NCBI GenBank assembly: GCA_051294375.1
Contig: CM119264.1
Location: 2,373,631 to 2,437,630, forward strand
Length of the DNA stretch: 64,000 nt
Direction of reading: 5' to 3'
Source of the DNA: Paraspadella gotoi
Taxonomy: Eukaryota > Animalia > Chaetognatha
The notes under the pieces are model-generated. The model made no database searches, was not told the origin of the DNA, and saw only the letters and a list, made by a program, of their open reading frames with translations. A program made the translations under genes and the position numbers. Shown one piece after another: positions 23,717 through 36,040 of the stretch; position 1 is the first letter of the stretch, and every line of letters starts with the position of its first letter.

Positions 23717-24671
23717 GTTGGTTGGTCTACTGGAGCATGGCTTAATACGTCTAAATTAGAATTAAACAACCTTGGTATAATTGTAGAAAAAGAGCATTGA
23801 ATTATCAAAACGAAACGACTATCAAATCATTTTTACGTTCTGTAGGACAAACTCTCGTTGTAGTTCGTCAGTTCATAAGCTCATCAGTTCATGGTAAAAA
23901 CAAAGTGGAGACTCACTGGGATGAGGAAACTTTAATCATTTAATTCAAAAATCGTGGGGAAGTAAAAAATTTTAAAAAATGTATTCCCTCAGGCGCAAAA
24001 CGAGATAAAAACAGAAGGAAGACATTTTGAGATTTGCAATGAAAAAAGAAGAAGGCAAAAGGCAAAAGCCATCTGCGCCTGAGGAAGACAAAAGATCACA
24101 ACCGCCTTCGATACACAAACTCGAAATCCTCATTATTCATTAAATAGTTATTAATTCTTAGAAAAAGCTATTTTTAAAATTATTTATAAATATATGTCCG
24201 ATTCGCTTCAATTTTTTTTTTTTCGCAGTTCTGGCTTTTCTAGGTCAGGTACTGTACGTAATACGTATATTCAGTACGAATATATAACTTCTTTTTTCTG
24301 AAAGGGAAATTACGGAAATAGTTACAAAAAATTCAAAAAATTAAAATTATATAAGCAAAGCGAAAAATATAGAAAAAATAACTGAACAGTAAAATTCTTG
24401 TTTGAAAGCGGCGATCCCGGAGTTGGCAATACGCTCTGGAAGCTAACGGGAAAACGAGAAAGAAGATAAAAAATAAAGTTTGTTTTTTTACGGAAAAAAA
24501 ATTTAAGACCGTAACAACAATGATATTAAAAATGTTGATAAGCTTCACGGGCTTCGGATTTCTTTTTTTTAAATATTAATATTATAGTATTTCTTTTTTT
24601 CGTTGTCTTTGATATTTACAATTTACAAAGTAACAAAGTTTTTATTTGTGATTACAACGATCATTTAATAA

Positions 24672-24716
24672 TTCGGACACGTTTCAGTTTTTGTTCTTCG
24701 AACCTTCATCAGCCAG
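24672..24716 (-). ncRNA. Degenerate minimal type-I hammerhead ribozyme motif (Penelope-like element type)
   Basis: Minus strand: CTGG-CTGATGA-AGGTT..AACT-GAAAC-GT-GTC-CGA; core CUGAUGA/GAAA/GUC in the correct order, with AATAAA ~25 nt downstream. Stems I and II are imperfect. Confidence 0.5.
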
Positions 24717-25249
24717 TTTTGATAATGAAAATATTTGGATACTAATTTTGAGAGAGAGATAGAAGGGCAATTTTAACCTAGATATCCTTTCTCTCCTCTC
24801 CGAATATTAAATGATCTAAATAAAAACTATGTTACTTTGTAAATATTATTATTATATTTTTTTATAAATTTATTAAAATTGAAATATTTTTTGAAATTCT
24901 AAATTATTGTATACTTAAGCTAAAGCTTAATTTTAAATTTAACCTAACTTACCCCAAATCCTAACTTACCCCTTACCCTAACTTAGTTTTAACCCTAACG
25001 TTTGTGTGTATTGTGTGCATTCTGCATCTAATGTTGCATTGCTAGTTGCTATCTATTAACTAAAGAATTATATGAGGTATATGAGCTAAAGTTTGATTGT
25101 ATTCTGTGCGTACTGCGTATATTCTGGCCAATATTTTATACTAAGGTAAAGGAAGAGAGATTTTTTTCTTTATTTATCATGAGTATTTTAAATAAGATAC
25201 GATTATAAATTAACTCGAAGCAATTGGATATTAATAAATAGCACTAATA

Positions 25250-27212
25250 CTACATGGGCTCGTCCTTGCGGCCGAGAAATGACGAAAACTTAAGCAGGGG
25301 TCTTTGCGTGGCGGCCGAGTGGGCGAAGCCGTGTTTCGGCCTGTTCGACTCTAAGTCGTTGGCCTTAAGATGAGATGGAAAAATGTTGTTGGGAACTCGA
25401 GTCATGGAATGCATCGTCGAGGGCGACATCCCCGAACATCCGGGAGTTTGAAGTCGGGCGGAAATCTCTCGATAACTGGAAACGGGTTGAGGCGGAGGAA
25501 ATTCGCTGGTCGGAGTATGAAAGCTCGACAAGGAGCGATCGACGATGAGAGAGGACGAAGGTTTTTTCGATGGCGACGCGAGATTCGAAGCTGACGTGAC
25601 GTTCATTGCCGACGTGAGATTCGCTGCTGGCGAAAGATTCATCCCCGATGTCGGTGATGATAGATCCGTTGCAGTTGTATAATTTCTCGCAGTTGTAAAA
25701 GTTGTAGATGTAGGATTTGTCGTGGGCAAAAAATTCATCCCGGAGAAAAGATTTGATGAGGATAAATTTTTTGCGGATGAAAAGTTTGTTGTAGGCATAA
25801 GACTTCTGGCTGACATAAGATTAGTCCTTGACAAAAGATTTGTCCCCAATGAAAGATTTGTCTCCGAAGAAAGATTTGTCGCAGAAGCAAGATTTCTTGA
25901 CGAGGTGAGATTTATTCCCGAATCGTTTTTTAAAGTGGAGAAACTAGCCTCAATGAAATTCTTCGAATGATGATTGACTGAAGAAACATTTGAAGCCGGA
26001 GAAAGATTTCCGGCTAAAGAAAATTCTGTCTGCGTCTCAAGTTTTGACCACAGAGTTGAATTCGACATAAGATTTGACGTTGAAGCCAAATTGGTCGACG
26101 CGAGATTAGATTTCATGACTAGATTTAAAGGCGACGCGAATTTTTTCAAAGGGTCGAGATTCGTAACGGATTCGGGATTAATTTGTTCTTCGATCGACAC
26201 GAGTTTTTTATCCTCCCCGATTAATTTGGTCAATGGAGCGCGAGTCGAGTCGGTTTCGGGGTGGCGCTCCGGCTGAGACGTGACACTAGGACCATTTGAA
26301 CAAGACTTGGAAGGTGAAGAATATAAGTCGGCGTGAGTGTGAGACGATTCCATTTTCGCGACGTCTTCACTTTCGGGAGGTCGCACCTTTTTGGGCTGTT
26401 TGTAGCCGCGTTGCTTTCGGTCCTCAACGTCAATTTCAACTCTAAAATGGAAGTATAATTATTTAATATCAAGGTTTTAACATAGTTATATCTTATTACC
26501 CATTATTCCGTATTTTGCCATACCTGAAAAATTTTTTGGATGGCGTATGACTTCTCCTGGCTTGGATGCCGTGTTGCTTGAGATGCGCGGCCCTGTTGCT
26601 GCTGCACATGACCTTCTTTTCGCAAATGACGCAGATGAAGACTTTGTGTTCGTGCGTCGTGTCCACGTGATCTTTCAGTCGGTCCATCCGCTTGAAGACT
26701 CGGTCGCATTGCGGACAGGGGACAAGGGCGTCGGAGCCGCGTGGCTGGCGGGCCGTGGGAGGATGCGGCTTAGGCGGCGCCGTCGGAGCATCGTCGGTAT
26801 CCGCCAGCGACGAGGCGTTGGAAGGCGGCGCCAAGGGAGTTTCGATACGAGAGAGGGGAACGATGCAGGGCGTGATACGCGGAAGGGATTCGGAGGGCGC
26901 TCGAGGAGGAGCCTCCTCCGCCGAAGAACTCTCTTCTTCCTCGTCGGCGTCGTGCCGAGTCTCCGGCTCCGCGGCGTCGGAAGCATCCGGCGTGGTCTCG
27001 ACGGCATCGGCGATGGATTCGCGGCATGGAATTTGCAGATCGGTGGGCGTGGCCGCCTTCGATCGCTTAGATCCCGACTTCTTCCCGTCGTCTCCCCAAA
27101 CGATGATCCAACAGTTCGGACTCACTTTGGAGCGACGGAGATACTTTTGGCGCTTGTTGCTGTTGGTGGTGGTGGTGGGAAGGTGTTCCCCCGTTTCCTC
27201 TTTCGCCGTCAT
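25250..27212 (-). CDS. Orphan two-finger C2H2 protein with NLxS hexapeptide-repeat C-terminal region
   Basis: Exon 27212-26524 (CPQC..H....H and CVIC..H...H fingers) splices via a GT-AG intron (26523-26442) in frame to exon 26441-25250. Confidence 0.75.
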
Positions 27213-27615
27213 CTTCGTGACGAAAACGTCAACGCGTCATTTATTAACTTAAGAGGTTAAGGAATTCGTTCAGTCATTTCTCGTCTCTTCATAAAAAATA
27301 GAATGACAGTCTTGACAATATCAAAATGATGACTCTTGAGTCTTGACGCCAATGCGGAAACGCAGTCTGGCACGGAATTTGCAATAATAAAGAGTTAAGA
27401 GTCTCTTCTCTTGGTTTCGTCTTTGCCTGTGGCCTTGGCTTTGGTCTTGTGCTTCTCTGACGCGGAATAATGAAGAGAAGAGAAACAGAAATCGGGAACA
27501 AAAGGCGTCGTGAGGCCGGTCATTTAATGTTCTTTATGTAAGACCTTTATAGAAGACCTTTATAGAAGACCTCAATTTAATATGAACAAAAACGGGGCCT
27601 ACTTCAGTTGCACTA

Positions 27616-28160
27616 AATTTTTACTTAATAAATTCTAGTTATGATACAATTTCCAAATAATTTATACTTATAAAAACCCTGATATTATTATTAACTTTTC
27701 TTCATGAGAGAAGTTTTTAAACTGATATAGAACCTCTGCCACTGTCGGTGTTTGCTTCATATTAAAATTAATGTCCTAAAAACTCAAAATGAAAGGAACA
27801 AACTCTTGTGGAATCTCAATCAAACTTTTGTGGAAATGCATATAAACGTCTGTGAATTTAATTCATAGGATAATCAAAGAATCTCTAACATAATCAATCG
27901 TTAATTAATGAATTAAATCCACTAATGTTTATAAATATTTCCACAAAAGTAATCGATATTACATTACATTACATGTTCCTGAAATTTTACGTTTTTAAGG
28001 ACTTGACTTTTAAGAGGAAACAAACACTGACAGTGGCAGAAGTTTTATATCAGTTTTTAAATGCTTAGTCAGTTTGAAAAACTTCTCTCATAAAAAAAAC
28101 AACCCTGGTATTAACTTTTCTTAATAAGTATTTTTAAATTTTAACATAAATAGACGAATT
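27616..28160. mobile_element. Foldback element: ~250-bp imperfect inverted arms
   Basis: ATGAGAGAAGTTTTT / AAAAACTTCTCTCAT; AACTGATATAGAACCTCTGCCACTGTCGGTGTTTG / CAAACACTGACAGTGGCAGAAGTTTTATATCAGTT; ACTTTTGTGGAAAT / ATTTCCACAAAAGT, arranged symmetrically about ~27890. Confidence 0.85.
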
Positions 28161-28395
28161 TATTTATTAAGTAAAATTTTAAATTAATTTAAATTTAATT
28201 TAAAATTTAATTAAAATTTAAATTAAAATTTAAATTTAAATGTATGAGGAACTATCTCATGTAGAGGATCGAATAAACCGGGACTTTCGTCACCTACTCT
28301 CCTTTGCTATCAAACAAAAGGCCTGTGATAAAAAGACACGTTTTATGTCTTAGTTACATTTTTAATAATTTACATGGTAGTAATAGTTTGGTTTA

Positions 28396-28661
28396 ATGAA
28401 ATTGGTACAATCAAAATAAAGATTATCCATTCATTTAATAAATAAGCTATCTTGCCCAATGCCCATGACTTTGGACAGGCTTTGGTGGTTTAAGGCCTCC
28501 ATCACTCTAAATAGATAATGACATAGAAGGTCCCAAGCTTTCAATCAAGACTCACACAGTCTCGTTTATTTACTCCCAGAGTACCTGACTTCACTATCAG
28601 TGAATTGGTATAATCTTATGAAGAATGTTTTAATGGTTTGAAAAGACCACTCCTTAAGTAT
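28396..28661 (-). mobile_element. ~265-bp dispersed repeat family, full copy 2
   Basis: Reverse complement of 9839-10103 over its full length. Confidence 0.9.
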
Positions 28662-28865
28662 TTGTCTTATGAATTTCATGATTCCTTTGATAGATTATAA
28701 CTTTTATCGACTTAACTGAAATAATATTAATCTCTCTAATATACTAATATACCATGGGATTACCCCTGTTACACAAACACATCATCGCAGGAGTATCAAG
28801 CCACCAAAAGCAAATCGGATCGAAGACTCGGGCGATCTCCGCGGAAATGGAATCGCCGAATCCTG

Positions 28866-28965
28866 ATTGGTCAAGCATGGAATCGAAATCGAAACTGTAA
28901 ATTTTACCCACGTCGCCGATCCTCTTCCTTTGTTATAAATAGACTTAGCTTGTTCTAGTTTCAGT
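28866..28965 (+). promoter_or_regulatory. Candidate Pol II promoter: CCAAT box, TATA box, initiator
   Basis: ATTGG 28866-28870, TATAAAT 28934-28940, TCAGT 28961-28965 (A at 28963, 29 nt after the TATA start), followed by ATG at 29008. Confidence 0.45.
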
Positions 28966-29069
28966 AGCATTGATCAAGACTCCTGCGCGCGTCTCACCGT
29001 CACCATTATGTCTTCAGAATTAAATCATGTTGATTTCAATCTAGAAATCCATGAGTTTTTCCTTAAATG

Positions 29070-29115
29070 TGGTGGCAGCTGTAAGATTCGAACCCACGCC
29101 TCCGAAGAGACTGGT
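29070..29115 (-). pseudogene. 3' half of tRNA-Leu (long variable arm) including CCA end
   Basis: Minus strand ACCAGTCTCTTCGGAGGCGTGGGTTCGAATCTTACAGCTGCCA-CCA matches the 3' half of eukaryotic tRNA-Leu(NAG); the 5' half is absent. Confidence 0.85.
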
Positions 29116-29428
29116 AAGTTTCCAGGCCCGGCGTCATAAAAGTACTAGGTCTTTTGATGTAATTTGAATTAGGAATATTAATCTAAATTCTAAATAATGC
29201 AATTGCTAAAAAAAATTTTTTTTTAAATACTATGTACGAAGTACGTGCTTACTGACAATATTTTCGTTTCAGATTAGTAATTTTATCCTCCAATGTGAAC
29301 TCGTACCAGAAAACAAAAAGGTAGTAAGATTGCGTTTCTTTTATTATAAAACGAATTAAACAAACCACTTAAGAAATAACTAAACTAAAGCCGCTACGAT
29401 TGAAACACGACGTGATCTTCTCCAGTCT

Positions 29429-31251
<1,823 letters not shown>

Positions 31252-31359
31252 TCATATAAAGTAATAAATGACTAGAAAGGCAACAAATAAGTTGGCGAAA
31301 AAAAACTTGCGCAAAAAAGAGATAATCTAGAACAAAACTTAATTTTTTGTTGATATAGT

Positions 31360-33389
31360 TCAAATATTCCCGATTCGTTCGACCATCGAGGGAATGAGTG
31401 AACACGCGACAATTTCGCTCTGCCCCTCCGGCCGCATCTTAACCCGATTTCCGGTTCCCGATTCCGCGCCGCTCTTCGCGCTGACCGGACCGGCCCTGTG
31501 GACGGACTTGCGGTGCTTATTGAGTGTCGCCGTCTGACGAAAGCGTTTAGGGCAAAAGGAGCAGGCGAAGGGCTTCTCGCCCGAGTGAATTCGCACGTGA
31601 TCAGTCAGCGTCGTCTTCTTGCCGAAAGCGGAGGGGCACTCAGCGCAGGAGAATGGCTTGGGATTTTCCGAGTGTTGCTTGGCGTGGTCGGTCAAGTGGC
31701 TCTTAGTGGCAAAGGTCTTGGAACAGAGTCTGCACTGGAAGGGTCTTTCGCCTGAGTGGGAACGGAGGTGCTGCTCGAGGAGAAATCGATTCCAGAATCC
31801 TTTGCCGCAAATGTGACAGACGGCTGGTTTCTCGGCTGCGTCGTCGTGTTTGCGACTCGCGTGAGTCGTCAGCTCGCAAGCGAAGGCGAAGGCTTTGCCG
31901 CAATCGCCGCATTTGTGCTGCGGTTCCCCGTGAGAGCGGATCGCGTGGCGGCGAAGGTTCTGTCGCCGCTTGTAGCGTTGGTCGCAGTCGGGACAAGGGA
32001 AGGGGCGGTCGTTAGAGTGGCGCTTTTGGTGAGCGGTGAGCTTTCCTCGGGTGTGGAAGGATTTACCGCAATCTGACAAAAGATATACATCCAATTTAAA
32101 AAAAAATGAGATTCAAATCAAATAATTTATTTATTAATTTATTTACTTATTAAATAAATGGCTAAATTTTATATTGGTTGTACCAACTTCATAAAAATAA
32201 ATTGATAAAATTCGAGGAAAATTGAAAAACATTACTTTCTAAAAATTCAAAAGCTGGTAATATTTTTAAAAAATACAAAACTAATTTCCGTCTTTTACAG
32301 ACAATAACTTATTGAATAAGTCTGAGGTCAACCTTTAAAATCGCAGCAAAACGAGGCGGACCCGTGGAGTCTTTCGTGCTGCCAACGCGCCTGCGCGTTT
32401 TTGTTCATGTGGTCACAAAATCGACACTTGATAGGCTTTTGTTCTCGGTGAACGACGCGAACGTGTTGGCCCAGTCTTGAAAAGGGACAAAAACAATTCG
32501 AAATCTTTTTATCTTGAAGTACTCCTCGTCGAGAGTCCTCACCGATGTTTGGTATTGCTTTTGTACGGACATTCTTTGCAATGAAATCGTCTCTCCACAC
32601 AGTGAACGCTCGCTCGATGATTGCGCCTCGACCAATCGGAGGCAAAGGATTTTCCGCAAATGTCGCAGGAAGATTGTTTGGTTCGACTTGGGAATTAAAC
32701 AAGTTTTCTGGCTTGAGTGACGCAACCACTTCCAAGCGCTGGGTAAAAATATCGATCAGTTCTAACCTGAAATCAGTAGCAACCTCGACAACGCTGTAAC
32801 CGTTTTCAATGCGAGCTTCTCCCGTGACTGATACTTCTTTCGCTTGACCAATCCCAAGGCTATCGTCGGTGGAAGTGGAAGTGGAAGACACGACGGCCTC
32901 GGAGAGAGAAGCCTTCGACAAATCGCTTCCATCCATCATCGACGGAGCATCCTCCTCTCGCAGCGCCTCGTCGCCGGGCGGGAGGCAAACAAGATTCCTC
33001 AACAGCTCAACGACGTCGTCCGATTTCTCCAAATCGACTTTCGCGGTGAAAGAAGTCGGACTAAAGTTCCCTAAGCGGGAACTTGGATGTTGACGAAAAG
33101 CCTCAACATTTACGCAGAGAATTCTGAAGGAAAAGGAGAAAAAAATTTAGAGTTTAAATATTTCATCCACGAGTGACTACGACAGATTTACGCCGCCGAC
33201 GCTACGATAAATGCACCTGTTGGATGTATTTGCAGTTGGGGTGACGGAAATGATGCAATCGCAAAAGACGCTTGGAGCGAGAACGTCGAAAACATTATGC
33301 GCCAACCAAACGCCGCCCTCCACGCGTTTGACGGACCATCCTTCGGGGATGGAACCCGTCAGCTCGTTAACAAACGTTTCCAATGACAT
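31360..33389 (-). CDS. Poly-C2H2 zinc-finger protein (~11 fingers) with unrecognised N-terminal domain
   Basis: Spliced fingers CDICGKSF..H....H, CKECPY..HVRVVH, CRFCDH..HERLH, then ~8 more with H(S/T)GE(K/R)PF linkers in the last exon; first exon MSLETFVNELTG... Confidence 0.85.
32144..32193 (+). mobile_element. ~265-bp repeat family, 3'-end fragment in a zinc-finger intron
   Basis: TTATTAAATAAATGG..TTTTATATTGGTTGTACCAACTTCATA matches the family 3' end. Confidence 0.7.
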
Positions 33390-33628
33390 GACACATTTAT
33401 CATTTTAAAAACATCTTTATTATTTCCAAGCATGAAAAAAAAATCGGATAATAAATAATGTAGTAACACCAACACGAAAAAAGAAGGGGAACGAAAAAGG
33501 AACTCTTAGTAGTAATATTATTACGAAGGAGCACCTTTTTTTTCGGGATAACACTAAAAACATGCGGGCGTAAAAACGAACCAACTATTGCGGGTGGGGG
33601 GAAAAATAAAAGAAAACTATAGTTGTGC

Positions 33629-35817
33629 CTATAACCGTCTGTTTTTGACTTTGTTGAGAACGCTGAAAAAAGTCTTTTTGATCTCGTGTCTCAACTTTGC
33701 GTAGGCGTGAATGAGTTGGGGGAAATGATCGAGCAAAAATCGATCGATCAAAATGACGAAGAGTTGTTTGGGGAAGTGAGACTTTGGGTCAACTTGTCCG
33801 TATTCTATGCATTCTTCCGTCACAGCCTTTCCTATGGTATAAAAGGTTAAGATACGTCAATAAAAAAATATTAAGTAAAATACTTACAAATAAAAAAATA
33901 AAAGTCGCCCACCTAATGAATAGCAGAGAGAGCTCAAAATTTTTTGGGGCGCGGAACCTAAAGAAAGGTGAAGAAGCGGTGTGTTAAAAACGACAACCGC
34001 TATACTCCCCCCACCCCTCCTTTAACATTCCCACCCCCCCCACTCAAAAAAAAAGGAATAAAGAGCAGCGATCCAACTCAAACCCTCCCTAAAGAAACAA
34101 TGTAATTCGAAAGATAAAAAAAAAAAGATCCAACCTTTGACAAAGAGGATCTTGTCCTCGCCGAAACTTTGAATGGCTTCGATCTTCCTCCGCCCGTCCT
34201 CTGCCAACCGCCCGAGAAACCGATCGTAAACTTTGTCCTTTGAAAGAGAGAGAGAGAGAGAGAGAGTTCAGCGTAATTCCATCGTTCCGATTATAGGGGA
34301 TTCATCGACAAAAGTGTCTCCCCAATCTTCACCTGTTCTGAGGCGGAGAGATCCGAGCAACTGTCGTTTTGATAAAGGAATGGGGACCCGTTGGTGGGTT
34401 GCCAAGTCACATCGGGAAAATCGTCGTAGTTTCCGCCTGAACATCGAGAGATCTGGAGGTCAGAGATTGCTCCAAAGAAGTTTACGATTATTTTTTAAAA
34501 GAAAATGATTTTGTGTAAAATACGGTTCTTATTCTTATTCTCTTGTTACCTTAAAGAGATTTTTATCATTTTAGGGATACATTTAATAGGGTTTAATAAT
34601 GATTAAGTTACATGTTTAATTTCAGTATTGTCGATTTATTTTTCTCCTTATGAAAAACTCTCATGTTCGATTAAATATTGTTAATGTGAAGTAGGATCGT
34701 GATTCGATGCCAACAAAATAACCATTAAGTTTTCCGCGATCAAAAATTTTCTCACTCACTTTGCATGAGCTCTAGCCCTTGCAAGGCGTCCCCCGCCGTC
34801 ATTCGATTAAGGGACTTTTCGATCGAGTTGAGCGGTAATTCCTCCACGATCTCCGCAAAGTCGGAATCGTCCGATTCCAGCGTTTTTCGCGGCGCCGCCG
34901 TCGTCGTCGGCGGCGCCACGGCATTGTTCCGGTTGGCGTCGAGATTCTGATCGCCGTCGATGGGCGGCGCCAGCGAGGGAGCTTCCTGCTTGACGTCGAC
35001 GACGACGACGGCGCCGCCCGTGTCGTCGGGATCTCGCGGTTGACGATGCTGCGGCTGAGGATGTCGATTGTACGGATGGTGATGGTGATGTCGCGACTGT
35101 TTCGACGCACCCGCGTGAGAGGGATAGGTGGAGGTCCGTTTACGGCCGCGAGGGGTTTGGGGGGACGTGAGGAGATTCTCCTAAAGAATCCATGAAATAA
35201 TGATGAATTAAGGAATTTAAAACTCCAACCTTATAAAGTTACCATAGAAATGGAGACACCGGGTTGATGCATTCGTGGATCATGTGGGTGAAAAGGCCTG
35301 TGTGCACAAAGAAATTAAGAAAATTATCCAATCTCGAATTATTTTAATCTTCTCATAACCGAGCTTACATAATAACCAAATAAAAGTAATATTGTTCCTC
35401 ACCGTCCGTTCCTTCTCTCTTGCAAGGCGCTGATTGTCGGGTTCACTTCCATTTCAACGTCGTTCCCAATCGGACTGCGGAACCGAGAGGGAAAAATGGT
35501 GGATGAAATTTTGCTAAAGCAGAGACATCTAGCGGAGTCACTGACCTCAAACCAGAGCTGGCGTAAGCGTCGCAGAGATGTCTCTTGCCGCAATACCTTC
35601 GCCCGTCCTGCGACTCCACCAGCACGAAGATATTAGCGTCTGCGGGAATGAAAACCTTTTCTGTGGCTCCGCGGGAAATTGAGCCTGGAAAGCGAGTCAA
35701 GATCAAACCTGTGAGGGCGCTGAGCTTCATTGCAGATTCCATGAGAATCGTGGTGAAGGTAAGCTCGATGTTTTGGAGTTGATTGACTAGACCGAGTAAA
35801 CTCTGAGACGAGGCCAT
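33629..35817 (-). CDS. Orphan multi-exon protein with degenerate MADS-box-like N-terminus and helical C-terminal domain
   Basis: About nine exons join in frame through GT-AG introns: ...LMESAMKLSALT-DANIFVLVESQDGRRYCGKRHLC...; His/Pro-rich middle; C-terminus KILSSLCYSLGKAV...ILIDRFLLDHFPQL...KVKNRRL-stop. Confidence 0.75.
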
Positions 35818-36040
35818 GACGGAAACGTGGAAGAGTCCTGCTTCTTATGATCTCCGTGGTAATTTAAAGTTTTCGGCCTTTTTTTTTGACAATTCAAAGA
35901 ACAGTAAAAAATTATCACATTTTATCGTGTTTTGCGAAGACAAAGCTTAAACTATGACACGAGTTATAAAGGCTTTAAAACGGCAAACGTGACATCACAT
36001 TCGATCAACAACAAAAAAAAAAGAATAAAAAAGAAGTTGA

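Noticed and set aside
23987-24084. 11-bp inverted repeat CCTCAGGCGCA / TGCGCCTGAGG upstream of RSBN1
   Set aside because: Too short and unsupported to distinguish from chance or an ordinary pair of binding sites.
24940-25000. CCTAA(C) telomere-like repeats
   Set aside because: Short, irregular and internal; typical of decayed TE subtermini, not a telomere or fusion site.
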